Shown: positions 50,901 to 63,530 of the stretch, piece by piece
Position numbering within the stretch: position 1 is the first letter of the stretch
Layout: every line of letters starts with the position of its first letter
Assembly (NCBI RefSeq): GCF_041146345.1
Contig: NW_027191408.1
Span: 992,001 to 1,056,000 of the forward strand
Length of the DNA: 64,000 bases
Reading direction: 5' to 3'
From: Neodothiora populina
Taxonomy: Eukaryota
The notes under the pieces: model-generated
What the model was told of the DNA's origin: nothing
Databases searched by the model: none
What the model saw: the letters and a program-made list of their open reading frames with translations, nothing else
Position numbers and translations under genes: made by a program

Positions 50901-51730
50901 TGACATGGACTAGATGCTGTGTCTCGGTGTGCCCGTAGCGTGGGCCCTGGGGATAATGAAAAGATATGCATTTGTGCAGGCGATCGCGATACTTGTCATA
51001 AACCGATCTTGATTCATATTGAGTAGAGACAGATGTAGCGATTGATTAACCGCAAAGGGCAATAACCAAAGGGTAAGGCTGGAAGAGGAATAGTGGAGTT
51101 GAGGACTAAGGCGCTAGGCAAGGTAGTATTACAAATTGGTGAAGACCATGATTGATCAACTATAACCGGATCCACGGCGAGAAGGTCTGGATTGCCCGCA
51201 AGCTGCAGGCGAGATCAAGCAAGTAGCATAGCGTACTGTACTCCGTAAAGTACAGTTATTCCTAGCGTTCTACCGGTTTGACGGATAAGACAATCGATGG
51301 TCCGAAGTAGGGCACAGGATAGACAAGTCTGAGGACTTCACAGCGAGTTTCTCCCTGCTTCGCCGTCACTAAAACTAAGATGGGGTTTAGGAGATGGTCG
51401 ACCGAAGCGGAAATGCCCCTTCTCACGCCATGGCGCAGGCTAACGCGAGCGACTGTGCCACTGGTACGGAGCTTTACCAAGAAAATCATTACGATGCGTG
51501 ATGGTCGACAGGCGGCTGCATGGCGGCTCTGAGGAAAGTGTAAGTTGAACAACATGGCATTCACACAGACAAGATCGAGGGACAGTAAAATGAAGTCCAG
51601 CAGCAGGTAGAGCTTATATCAATGTAAGATTAAACAAAACATGTCGACATGCAGAGCAGTTGTGAACGGTACGGGTAAGCGAAATAACAGGGAGGCATAA
51701 CAGTTGACAGGGAGGAACGGTCACGATGCA

Positions 51731-52771
51731 AGGGGCAGACCATTTTCTGGCTCCGTAAACAAGGTTATTGCGGGCCACACCGAGGATGCGAGCAAATCTG
51801 GCGTGGTCGAGCGTCCGCGTCCGATCTTGATTGCGCGACATAGCCGGACAGGGGGGCTACACCAAGTCCGGGGCGCAGATCTCCACTCCCCTCTCATGCA
51901 TGCCGCCAGCCCTTCGAATCGCGTATCAGCGCATGCTTCAGTAGCGCTCGTCATATCTACGCTCGGCGCATTCGTACTCGTACGACGGACTTTTGTGCAG
52001 AAAATGCGACGAATGGCATAAGCTCTGGTTGCCAGGCCATAAGCAGCACTCACCTGTTCCGATACCATGGTGATAATCATAAAAGGGCATAACTATTGTT
52101 GGCACTATTTGCGGTTTCACATAATTGCCAACGTCTCCCAAAAACTGTCGAACGGCGTGAGAAATGACGCGCTTTCCTTCCAGGCTCGGATCGGGCCCCG
52201 CTGCTTGCAACGGCCACAGGGAGGGGAGCGCAACGGCGTATGACCTGCAGTAGACTGAAAGTATGGCAGGACTATGGGCAGATTTAGTATGGGTAAGGCG
52301 CCGCGCGATGCGTTTTGGCGTGTGGTCCTTGGTAAAAAAAAGGATACACTTTGACAGGAAGAGGTAAGGGGCCACCGCCTGTCGCCGCATGTTTCCGAAT
52401 GCTGGCAAGAAGGGGAGAGGGAGGGGGGCAAGGTCCCACCACGCGCCATACCGTCTTTGATACCCCTGCCGTGCATCACGTATCCGAAGATCTGGATAAG
52501 CTCTGACACTTCACATTAGTTTTTATCTGCCAAGGGCGAGTGGGTGTCATCGGCCAGTCTTGCTAGTCCTAGTTCTTCCTTCAACTCTCTCTGCCCTCTT
52601 GCCCTCTGGAACAAGTGAGCCTGGGTCTACGACTCTTTCGGACCGTTGCGCAATTGACTGTCTCCTGCTTTTGCTCAACGGGCGCCATCTTCTTTCGTAA
52701 GAGCTAACGTCTAAAGCCAGAACGCCGTTGCCCCTCATCCCACTATCTCTTCTGAGAAAAAGACTACCCCT
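51731..52771. promoter_or_regulatory. Cluster of ten STRE-like (AGGGG/CCCCT) elements upstream of flbD
   Basis: Sites at 51731, 51850, 51888, 52222, 52367, 52411, 52422, 52463, 52731 and 52767. Function is inferred only. Confidence 0.4.
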
Positions 52772-53049
52772 CCGGCTGTTTAAGCGCATTGGAGTGTAAC
52801 TGCTCGTGACGGATTGGGAAATACTTCTTGACCCCCGTTTCGAGATCGAGTCTGATACAAATACAACGATCTCCTCGCAACAACTGTCGTACAACATCCA
52901 AACCAGTTGTGCATCGGTTCAAAAACGACCTCGTTTGCCTGTCTCCGCTGTCTTACTACAACTCTCTTTTCCTCTCTATCTTCCTAGATCCTCTTACACA
53001 GTAGAAACATATAGTCCTTTTCCTCTCTCAAGCTTTGCATACCCGCTCG

Positions 53050-53215
53050 GTAAGTTCGCACCAACCATCTGAAGCCATTCACCACGTCACATGGTCTTTG
53101 AAATGCCCTTGCTGCTGCCCGCTGCCCACTTCCGACTTATTTTCTGTCATCGATTATAATCTTGTCTCCATCCGCCCATCGAAGTGCCAAAACCGTCTTT
53201 TCTAACGCTCTACAG
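53050..53215 (+). other. Probable 5'-UTR intron of the flbD-like gene
   Basis: Consensus donor GTAAGT at 53050, branch TCTAAC and acceptor TACAG ending at 53215, 44 nt before the ATG, in a pyrimidine-rich leader. Confidence 0.7.
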
Positions 53216-53259
53216 CCTCATCCTCTCTTATTCTTCATCAACCACACTTTCTTGCAAAA

Positions 53260-54423
53260 ATGCCCGCACACAAGAGAGGCCCTTGGTCTCAACAGGAGGA
53301 CCACATCCTCATGAGTCTCGTCCACTCACAGGGCGCCCACAACTGGGTGCGCATCTCTAGCATGATGGGCACTCGTTCCCCCAAGCAGTGCCGAGAGCGT
53401 TACCACCAGAACCTCAAGCCTAACCTCAACCACGACCCCATCACACCCGAGGAGGGTGAGCTGATCGAGCAGATGGTCGCTGAGATGGGTAAGCGATGGG
53501 CTGAGATCGCCCGCCGCCTCCGTGGTCGCAGTGATAATGCCGTCAAGAACTGGTGGAACGGCGGCATGAACCGCCGCAGACGCAATGCCCAGAGACGCGC
53601 AGAGATGGAGACCAGATCGACACAGCAGATGCCCCAGGGCCAGCCCATGTCTCAACAGGGCCTTCCCGATGCTGCTTCCTACTACAACAGCGCGAGTCTC
53701 CAGCGACCGCAGTACTTTGACCAGCATGCGCTCCCTGCAATCTACCAGCAGCAAGCACACATGGCTCAGTATCAGCCTCAAAACCAATATCCTCAGTACG
53801 CGCACACCCTTGGCGTCCCTCAAATTGGTCGTACCCTGCGCAATGCTTCTTTCGAGAGTCCCCTCCCATCACCTGGCGCCTATTCAGACGTCGCTCCCTC
53901 TCTGGTTTCTGACCACTCCTCTTATTCCACTCGCTCTCCTCATCATGGCACTTCACCCGTTGAGCTTCCTCCACTTGCACAGGATGTTCGCTTCGGCGCT
54001 GACGACCGTCGTCCATCCAGCTCCTACATGACCGCAAACCAACGCCTTGCCGTCCCCGGATCAGTAGTCCACCACCAGCACGAGAACTACATTCCCATGC
54101 GCATGAGCCAGTCCGATGACGGTTCCAAGCGATCTCACATGATGGCTCAGGGTTATCACTCTCAAGCGGCTATGATGTACCGTCAGCCCCAAGACTATCC
54201 TCAGATGCAATATGCTCAGCCATCCGCTCTTCCCTTTGTCCACCAACAGCTTGCCCCTCAGCAACACATGTACGCACACTCGATGGCAGGGGCACAGCCC
54301 TCGATTCAGATTCCAAGCATGCCCTCAGCGGCACCCCTCGACCCTGAGCTACATGACTCTCCTCAACAGGAGAACGACTCTCCCAAGGAGAAGATGAGTC
54401 TCTCAACGATCGTGTCACGGTAG
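53260..54423 (+). CDS. flbD: Two-repeat Myb transcription factor, FlbD/Rca-1-like (conidiation regulator), 387 aa
   Basis: HKRGPWSQQED..NWVRIS..RSPKQCRERYHQNLKP..EMGKRWAEIARRLRGRSDNAVKNWWNGGMNRRRR matches the FlbD Myb domain as I recall it. Q/P/S-rich C-terminal region. Confidence 0.88.
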   Translation: MPAHKRGPWSQQEDHILMSLVHSQGAHNWVRISSMMGTRSPKQCRERYHQNLKPNLNHDPITPEEGELIEQMVAEMGKRWAEIARRLRGRSDNAVKNWWNGGMNRRRRNAQRRAEMETRSTQQMPQGQPMSQQGLPDAASYYNSASLQRPQYFDQHALPAIYQQQAHMAQYQPQNQYPQYAHTLGVPQIGRTLRNASFESPLPSPGAYSDVAPSLVSDHSSYSTRSPHHGTSPVELPPLAQDVRFGADDRRPSSSYMTANQRLAVPGSVVHHQHENYIPMRMSQSDDGSKRSHMMAQGYHSQAAMMYRQPQDYPQMQYAQPSALPFVHQQLAPQQHMYAHSMAGAQPSIQIPSMPSAAPLDPELHDSPQQENDSPKEKMSLSTIVSR

Positions 54424-57248
54424 ATACAGGCTATCGATTCAACAACGACAGGAACATGATATGTATGATGCATGAGGCGTAATGGGCTGGGACTATTTTC
54501 TCTTTCTTTATATTCTAATAATTTCACTTGACCGCGCTCAGCTGCGTAGGAAACATAGACTGCCATTTGGCGGTCATGTGCATTGTACAAGTACACTTTG
54601 GCACGAAAGGTGGAATGATTTGACTGTGGTATATCCATCTTCTTTCCTTGGTTTTTGGGAGGGGGTCTTCTATCGTTACAATACCCAATTTTCACACTTT
54701 TTACAATACAATATTATCACTTCTATACTTCAAACCATCTTCCATTTTTATTGTTGTTTGTGACTTTGTGACTTGCCCTCAAATATGTTGAAGATACTGA
54801 TGGACTTGGCAAAATGACTGTCTTCCATGCTCGCACACTCGACGAACTACCAGGTCTAGTTGTCCACATGTTGGGCATTACTTGGATGCCCGATCATTCC
54901 CCTTTGGCTCTCACTTGGACTCCACATTTGGACAACCGTCGCTCATTCTCGCCTCCCATGTGACTTGGGATCGTACGTACGAGAGAGATAGACAAAGATA
55001 CAAGGACAAATCGAGCTTTCGAGTCTCGTCACATACACCTCATAATGAAGATCCTACACATATCTGCTGTCTACCGTTCGTGTTTCGCCACCACTTCTCC
55101 ACTCTTCTACAACTTCCATCCACCCGTTTCCCTTGCCCGTTCCGAGTTTGTTGTACTGTTTACTGTTGACAGGAACTGTTTACATGTTTCTTGTTGATGT
55201 TTGATGTTTGTGATGTTTTTAATGTTATGATGTTGATGACTGTTGGACGGCCAGATTACACCATCGTTCATAACATCCCAAACCATATGAGCGAACAACA
55301 CAACGGCTGTGGGACCTGAACAGCGGACGTTTTGTAGCTTCCTGGCGTTCACAATTTCATAGACTTCATTGATTTTCCACGCTTGGTATCTTCTTTTCTG
55401 TGTGCGCAGCTGAGTAGTGAAAAGTAAGATTACGACTTACGCTGTAACATCGACGTTCGCCACTTGAGGGGACTTCATCGTCACTTGACGGATGTACCTT
55501 GCAGGGAAGGGCAGGTGACTGTTGCGAAAACGCAGGACAGTTGGCAGATTGCAGTCGTTGGCAGATTGAACAGGGAAAACTGTACATTCAAAGCTGCCGA
55601 GCGTCCAATGCCGTTTTCCCGCTCGCGTCGTAGAAGGATAATGGTGGAAAAAAGCATGCAGGAACAAAAGGGGGTGAGTTCTACAGGCCCAAGCATAGGA
55701 GGGAAGGTTGTTCCTTTCAGCGTAAAGTTTCTCTCTTCTATGAGAATCATGGCAAAAGGTCAAAGGTAGAGAGTCAGAACAAAAATGCAGGGCAGGGGGT
55801 TGGCTCCTAGTTTGAACAGGCGCGAAGTGCAGTGACCCTACGCCCTCCACGGCCGTAATGACCCTTGAGGTTCTGACTGAATCTCGTAATTCCCTCCCCG
55901 TCCCCCGTCGCTCAGCTTACCTCAATGTAGATCGCTGTCACTTGTATCATCTTTCGTACTTGTGGAGACATCAGACACGCGATTGGACTGTACATGAAGT
56001 TCGGGAAAGCCGATCCCATGCGCGTTTCCCAAAGGATACGCGTCTCGGCGACTTCTCGCAAGATCATCCATGTGTTATTCCCACTGTACAAGTACTGTAC
56101 ATCAACCGCAACTCTGTACATTGATGGAGCGGCTCGGCAATAGGACTGCTAAAAGTCCGCGATTCAGACTGCGTGAGTAAGGCAAGTACTTGACCGGTCA
56201 AGGACACGCGATGGCTCGCCGGCGGGAGTGTCCGCCACCGCCAGGGGCTCAATCCTGCAAGACGCAAGTGCACTTGAGCACGCACTGTGATGCTCAGAAC
56301 GTGGCAGGGGAAGGTGACACTACTGGCCTGAGCATTTGATTGACAGACGCGGAGAGAAAGCGGCCATATCTGGTTCGGCGATGGGGCCCAAGAGACAGTG
56401 CCCGAGGGCGGGCCCTTTGATAGGCTTTCTATAGACGAGAATCGACTTACAGTAGGTGGCGTCTAATGGATGCTAGCCCGTGGACTTTCACGCACATCAA
56501 TTCTCCGTGGAGGTTCACTTGTGCATCGCGCTAATGTTCAGCATAAAAGAAATGGTCCGTGACTTGTGACAGTGGGATAGGGAGCAGTACTCTTCGAGAT
56601 CAAAGTCAATCGCTTCTAGGGTTGACGTTTAAACCAACAGGTCGGGCTCAGGCCTGGTCAACGGCATTGCAGGACGCAGAAAAGGAGGAGCTCCGAATCC
56701 TCGAAACGCCTTTGCATACTCATGCCTCCTTTCGCTGGCCACAGCGGCAGGCGTAACCGGGGCTTGCTTGTTCCTCCAGGTGCATTTTTTACATTGCGGC
56801 GCAGAGCATGCAAGTTTCCGCCAGCCCTTGCACTTTCCTTGGCTAGCTTGAATGAGGTGAGCAGAAGCGACCCTGACGACTGTACTGCTGCTTTGAATTT
56901 GGTTAACTAGCGTCCTGTCCAACCCAATTTGACCGAAGTGTTATTGTGTGTTCGTCTAGCTACGGACACAAGAGCGGCGCGACATACGGTCAAAACTAGG
57001 TAGGCAGTGATCTGCCTGCAATGTCGATCGTCCGCGACGTTGTGCCTCGGATGGCTTGCCGATTGGTCGGACAGCGCAGGACCCCGATACAGCTTACTGA
57101 TTCTATGTGCCACACTGCGGTGGGTGGATAACAACATCATCAGAAACCTGTTCGCCAGAGAGCGATTCCAACAAACCACAAGACAAGGAATAATATATTC
57201 CGACAATCTATCGCATGGCCACATGACCCAGTTCGAGGAGCCGAAGGA

Positions 57249-59308
57249 ATGTCTAGGTACAATCCGGACACTTCCGCCACCGTGATAGGCCGCCTGTCGA
57301 GTGCGCAACTAGTATGTAGGATGGAAGGAACGAGGCAGCAATATGGGTTCTCACAATCCGAATCTGACCATCGTTTTAGTCGCAGCGAGATGTCGGTCTA
57401 AGAGTGCCCATCAACTTTGTGACCAACCCAGGTGTAGAATTGAGTGCTGCATGCTTCTCGGACAACCGCTTCGAAGCCACGCGCGCAGAAAAATGCCTGT
57501 CAAACTTGCTCGCCATTGGATTCCATAGATTTGTCATAGACTTGTACTGGGACACCAGTAGATCGACATGGAGTTTGTGTCCGGCAGAGCTCGAAATACA
57601 GACAACAGACCTGAGCTCTACAGCTGAAGTGCAAGCAACGACGAGCGCGCCAGCTAGCTTGACTCTGGCAAGCTTCGCAATCTCGACTAACGATGATCGA
57701 GTATCTCTTGCTTTGAGTGCAAGGTCGCATGAGCCACCTACGACGACAGGTGGCTTTGAAGCGCGACAGGCAGAAGCGAGCTCTACGGCCACGGCCAGTG
57801 ATGCTAGTGCGACACAAATTGAAACTCAGGCAACTGGCTCAACGAATACGTTTGCGACATCTGTAGGTAGCGACATTGTGTCCGGCGTGCCGACTCCGCT
57901 CTCCAATAGTGCCGGAAACCTGTATCAAGTAGGTCCCTATGTCTGCGACGCGACTTTCGGTCTCGAGGCCCTGCATGAAGTTGTAGCTGGCCATCTCAAG
58001 GCTACGGAGAATAGCCTCAATGCCACCTTGAAGTACCTCATCTACAATTTACATGTAGCAGGTGCATCTGATGGTGACTCTCCTACTCCACAAGGCACTT
58101 CATTACCGCAAGCTGGCGACTATGTCAGCGAGCTGCTCAACTCGAGCCTTTCTGCCTACATCTACACTCCTGCAGCACTTCAGACTCAGCGAGCGAACCT
58201 CAACTCGTCATGGTTCACAGTGCCTTTCGAGTGGCGTCCGCTGACACAGTACTATGACATGAAAGCTCGCCCCGACGGCATTCTTTCGACCAACGACGGG
58301 TGGCCCAGCGAGAGCTTCGTCGAGCTTCTGAGAGCATTGCGGCTTCTCGCAGGGTTTGGAACCATTGATGCTCAGATAGCTGGGTACAATTTCACAGCAG
58401 ATGCCGACACAATTTTTCCAGCCGGATATCTATCAAACAACATCAACGCGACTTATTCATCCACAGATCTAGCTGCAGAACCCGAGTGCATCTTCAAATC
58501 CAACATAACCAGCCTTTCCGAGGTCAACTCATCATGGGCGATAACAAACAACACAGGCACGAGTCCGCAAGACATATACTCTCTGTCTTTACAAGCAGGG
58601 AACCTAACCTCATGCGGGATCTCGCCCTTACTCACATCAACCACAACGTCAACCGCAGACACAGACATCGCGCCATGGACAGCCTATCTAAACCAACTGA
58701 TCTGGTCCTGGGCGCTCAACGAACCGCGCGACTCGAACAGCCTAGGCTCAGACGCCGACCACAGCAACAGCCACTGCGCAGCACTGAACCTCAGCAACGG
58801 AGGGCGCTGGCAAATCGCCGACTGCTCAGACAGCCACTACGGAGCGTGCCGCATCGCCGACTCGCCCTACAACTGGACCTTCACGTCTCAAAGCGGGCGG
58901 TACGACACCATGCCCTCGGCCTGCTCGAACACGGCCCCCGACGACTCTTCGTCCTCAGACTACGACTTCTCGGTCCCGCGCACCCCGCTTGAGAACTCGT
59001 ACCTGCGCCAGGCCATCACGGCGCACCTCGACACCTCCGACGACGACTCGCGCCTGTTCTGGATCAATCTCAATGACGTCGATGAGCGCGGGTGCTGGGT
59101 CACGGGGGTCAATGCCACTTGTCCGTATGTCGAGCAGAACGCGTCGGATCCGACGAAACATGTTGTCGTACCTACGGTTGCGGCGGTTATTATCTTCGTC
59201 ATCGCGATCGTCATCGTTTTTGTCAAGTGTGCCGGTAATCGGCGTGTGGCGCGTAAGAGGAAGAGGAGGGGGGACGGGGGGTGGGAGTATGAGGGCGTGC
59301 CTTCTTGA
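57249..59308 (+). CDS. MTC6: Mtc6-like protein (PLC-like N-terminal region, C-type-lectin-like domain, C-terminal TM), ~663 aa; exons 57249-57311, 57380-59308
   Basis: SQRDVGLRVPINFVT, GFHRFVIDLYWD..WSLCP, IYTPAALQTQRANLNSSW, DGWPSESFVE, CGISPLL, WSWALNEP, FSVPRTPLENSYL, WINLNDVDERGCWV, then a TM helix and WEYEGVPS*. Intron GTATGT..TCTGAC..TAG. Confidence 0.8.
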
Positions 59309-60089
59309 TTATCTCCTATCGCTTTGCCGTTCCCTCTCTCTCTATCAACGAGCGAGTGAAATGAAGTCGACGCTCGTCTGTTTGGAAGATTCAATGGATT
59401 TTTCGATACCAATACAACAATGATATTCCGATCCCCGCTACATGCATCGTTTCTTGCTCAAGTTCAGGCTCCCACTCTCTCTCGTATCTTCGGAAGCGAA
59501 TGCTGACTGAGCGCTTGGAGAATCACGGACGGTGTTTTCACAGATGCATGACCCATGATAAGGTTATGTTGGTCATCATGTCTGGCATGGCCATTTCCTT
59601 CTTCGTGTATATTCTACTTGATCGTTCTCGTGCATATAGATAGATTTACGTGTCTGTCTGTATATACAGATATATCTACTTATATACATATCTATGTACA
59701 GTATGTAACGTCGAGTGATGTTTATGTACATTTATAATCTCGAGTGACACATCTACAATCTCGAGTGTTCATCGAAGCCACGTTGTTCCTTGTCGCTATC
59801 TCTTGTCGAGCTCTGAACCACTTCGTCGCCCGCCACTATCTGCTTGATCGTCAGACCGCGTCCTTCGTCGTCGTCGTCTCTCGAGAAATGATCAAATCAT
59901 GTCATCCTGTCGCTTTGTCTTATCTGTCGTCTGGCCACTTCATCGCCTTCGCCGTCTGAACAATCGATTCCTCGACTCCACTGTACTCAAGAAGGCCTAC
60001 TGTTAGACCTGCTACACCACCACCGCCACCAAAACGATTGCTACAACACGAATCCATAAAGAGAGAGAGAGAGAAACCTCGAAAAAAGA

Positions 60090-61582
60090 TCACCGATGCA
60101 AAAGCCCATAAACCTCCTCAGCAATAGCCAAACTACTCGTCAGCCCCGGACTCTCAATACCCAACAGATTAACAAACCCCTCGAACCCCTTTTCCTGCAC
60201 AACGTAAAAGTCCTGGAAGCCCTTGCCGGCAGACACGGCGCCCAACCTGCCCAGTTTGGGCCTGATGCCGGCGTAATCCGCCGCCACGGCCGTCGTGTCG
60301 ACGTCTGGGAGGTAGGTTCTTATCTCGGCGAGTGCGGCTTCGAAGCGCGCGGGGTTCGGAGAGGGCGCCAGGTCCGTCGGTGAGTCGACCCATTCGACGT
60401 CTGGGCCGAAGCGCACGCGGCCCGCCATGTCGAGGGTGAGATGGGTTCCTAGACCGCCGTGGCCGGGGACGGGGGCCGGGTAGATGAGGGTCGAGGGTTT
60501 GGGGTGGGACTTGGAGTAGGAGAAGTAGGAGCCTTTGGCGTAGTAGGCTGTTCGGTGACGGTGCGGGGGCATGATCATGTTGTTGACGGCGACTGCGTAT
60601 AGCCCCGCGCTGTTGATTAGTGTTGAGGCTGTGATGTAGCTTGAGTCTTCTGGGGTCGTTTGGTCCGGTGGCGAGGTGTAGATTTTCCAGTGGGGGGAGG
60701 CTGGGGTTGGGGGGTCGATTCGCGTCACGGGACTCGCGAGCGCGGTGTCGCCGCCTGCTTCCTCGAACAGGCCGTGTAGGGCCTGCATGTACGCATGGCT
60801 GTCGACGATGCCTGTCGAGGGGCTCTCGAGGACGCCGGCTTCACATCGCACGTCGGGCTCTCTGCGGCGGGCTTCTCCCTTGGTCAGCCACTGGATGGGG
60901 ATATCCATTGTTTTGGCAAAGTCGTAGACTTTCTGCAGAGCGTCGAGTTGCGCTTGGTCTTGCCCCACTATCCATTTCCCACAATTCATGTGTGGCACGT
61001 TGTGGGCTTTGCAGAAGTCGTACATCATTTCTTTGCCTCTGAGACATAGTTTTGTCTTTAGTGAGTCGGGCCCGTAGTAGAGACCCGCATGGATGACCTG
61101 CTTTGCTGTTAGTTATTCAGTCACTTCATTGAGAGGCGCGAAGTGGCTTTTGTCTTTATGTGTAATGTTGCACATGGAGAGCATGACAATCGATGGATGC
61201 ATTGAAAGACTGCCTCACGGGTGACAGCTAGACAAGTGCAATATCAAGAAGATACCTCTGAATTCCTCGAACTCGTCTCAGTGCCCACAGCACCATGTTT
61301 CTCAATGAGAACAGTGCTGGCACCATCACCACCATTGTGCATCTGCAGTCTGCGCGCAATGGCCAATCCGACCGCACCACCTCCAATGACGGCATGAGTG
61401 AAGTCGGCATTGGTCCGCACAACAGAGTGGCTGGACAGTCTTCGATGCTTTGGGGCTGTGGCGGCGGTGTGGGGATTGATCAGACAATAATGTGGACTCG
61501 GTCGTCGTCGTACGAGCAGGTGGTGTGGTATACGGGCCTCCGCCGCCGCTATATTGGGCAGATAAGCTTTGAGATGAGACAT
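60090..61582 (-). CDS. L2HGDH: L-2-hydroxyglutarate dehydrogenase-like FAD-dependent oxidoreductase (mitochondrial), ~444 aa; exons 61582-61256, 61097-60090
   Basis: HAVIGGGAVGLAIAR, ETSSRNSE|VIHAGLYYGPDSLKT, LESPSTGIVDSH, INSAGL, YYAKGSYFSY, GLGTHLTLD..RFGPDVEWV, DYAGIRPKL, NLLGIESPGLTSSLAIAE. Intron GTATCT..ACTAAC..CAG. Confidence 0.9.
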
Positions 61583-62759
61583 TGTTCGTACTTTGTTTGC
61601 GGCGGCGCGCAACGATGAGAAGGCTATGTATAGATGTTGACAGAAGGAAAGAAAGACAAGATTGACGACGTCCGAGACGTTTCTGCGTCGTGCGCCTCTA
61701 TATTGTGTTGGGTGTGTTTCGAAGTCGCACTATATGAAGGTTAAGTGGTTGTGGTGATGATGGCAGCATGTTCGACTCGAGTAAGTCGACGCGAGGATTC
61801 GAGGGCGCTCGGCTGGATGCGCCAGTGTCTGTGAAGTTATACGAGGATTACGATAACAATAGATGTGTGAGAGTATCGTGCAGAAGAGACAGGATATCGA
61901 GTGTCACAGCAAGTATTGCGGAGTGGTTCCGTCCAAGTCACTGAATACGGTACGGACTGTACGAGCCATGTTTCATGCAGCAAGGTACTGTACCAGCTCA
62001 CAGGACCCAAGGATCTCGACTCGACGCGTGAGAGTGCTTTTATATTGCTTCATTGGAGATCACCTCGAATCGCATTACAGTACATTTACTTCATCCGACT
62101 TGTACGAGTACAAGTATCTTCTGCTTCATCTGCCTGTGACGAAGATTATGCTGGCCTGAGTGCCTCAGCTGCAGTAGTGTGGCATCTCCGTTGAGCCGAC
62201 GAAGCGTTCTTACTATAGTGCAGTACAACAATAAGCTACTTATATGTTGCTATGCCTTCCGAACCACGCGGACTCAAGACATGATCGAGGAGGACAAACT
62301 AGAGTCATCTCCCTTCTGTTTGACAGCAACGGGACTTGGTCGAGCTACATATGTTGGTTGCAACCATGGAGCAGGTAAGATGTGTACTGTAGCTCAAGGT
62401 ACTGTAAGATGCAGTATAAAGGCGAGCTCGGACCATACGGACAGCAGTGCGGAGGGGTCGAGCAAGGCAGAGAAAGATGGGATACAGAACAAGAATCAGT
62501 CAAGCATCCAACTTGTCGATGGTGTGTGCGACAGTAATGCAGCATCTTTGTCTCTTTTCTCTGTCTCCGTTCCTGACATGCCATCGGCGAATTTCCTTTG
62601 AATAAGGCAAAGCGGGGAGAACGTCTCGAAAAGTACACAACGTCAGCTTAACTAGACGAAGCAAAGAAGAAACCGTCATAGCAACGCAACAATAAGACCG
62701 ACCCATTTCTTTCTCACTTGCACTTCAACCATCAAAACACAACAACAAAGGAAATAAAA

Positions 62760-63455
62760 ATGGCGTCAAACCCAACCCTAACACAAGTGATAACCTCAGC
62801 CAACCAGCCGGACTTTGGCTTCCTGGTGATCAGAACAGGCGGGTACGGCGAGAAAGACTCTGAAGAGCAATGGGAGCTATGGGCGGACGAGTTCAGCAAC
62901 ATTGTTGAAAAGTCCGTCCTGGACTGCTCTTCTTTTTCTTCATCAGCGACTGACAACGACATGATCAACAAACTCATGATCCCCATGATCGACGACCCGG
63001 AGCTCGACGGCGTCGACTACAAAGGCGTACGAAGCTTCTACGACGACTGTGGAGAAAACGACATGGTGCCGCCGGGCGTCGATGTGGGTTTCTGTCTCGC
63101 CGTCGACAGGGAAGCCATGGACTCGTTGTTGCGTCCTGCTGCAGAAGACAACAACAACAACAACAACAACAAGGAGCCGTGGGTCTGGGCCGTCGACACG
63201 GACTTCGAGGACGATGCAGAATCAGCAGAAGCAGCAGAAACGAAAGACTCATCGTACCCGGGCTACTTCCGCGTCGCCATCTCGACGCTGATGACAGAGT
63301 TCTACCCGGCTGTCGCGCAGATGATGCTAGACGATCAGAGCGTCGAGGACAACGAACAACAACAACAACAACAACAACAGGTGACGCTGCTGAAGAAGAC
63401 GAAGCTGTGGCAGGATGCCTCGCCCGTGTGGAAGAGTCGGCGCGCTGTGGCCTGA
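62760..63455 (+). CDS. Hypothetical acidic protein, 231 aa, with poly-N and poly-Q tracts
   Basis: ATG in an A-rich context (AAAAATGG), strong GC3 bias, protein-like segments FGFLVIRTGGYG..EQWELW, FCLAVDREAMDSLL, PWVWAVD, YPGYFRVAISTLMTEFY. Confidence 0.75.
   Translation: MASNPTLTQVITSANQPDFGFLVIRTGGYGEKDSEEQWELWADEFSNIVEKSVLDCSSFSSSATDNDMINKLMIPMIDDPELDGVDYKGVRSFYDDCGENDMVPPGVDVGFCLAVDREAMDSLLRPAAEDNNNNNNNKEPWVWAVDTDFEDDAESAEAAETKDSSYPGYFRVAISTLMTEFYPAVAQMMLDDQSVEDNEQQQQQQQQVTLLKKTKLWQDASPVWKSRRAVA
63149..63380. repeat. Two coding (CAA)n microsatellites: (CAA)8 at 63149-63172 read as poly-Asn; (CAA)7CAG at 63357-63380 read as poly-Gln
   Basis: Read directly from the sequence. Confidence 0.9.
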
Positions 63456-63528
63456 AGGAAGGGGTTTTTTTTTCCGAAGTGCTCTAGCAAAGACATGAAT
63501 CGACCACGAAGAGCATTGAGAATGCGAG

Positions 63529-63530
<2 letters not shown>

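Noticed and set aside
61098..61255. Relatively long L2HGDH intron as a snoRNA or TPP riboswitch host
   Set aside because: No box C (RTGATGA) with paired termini and no TPP aptamer core motifs were seen.
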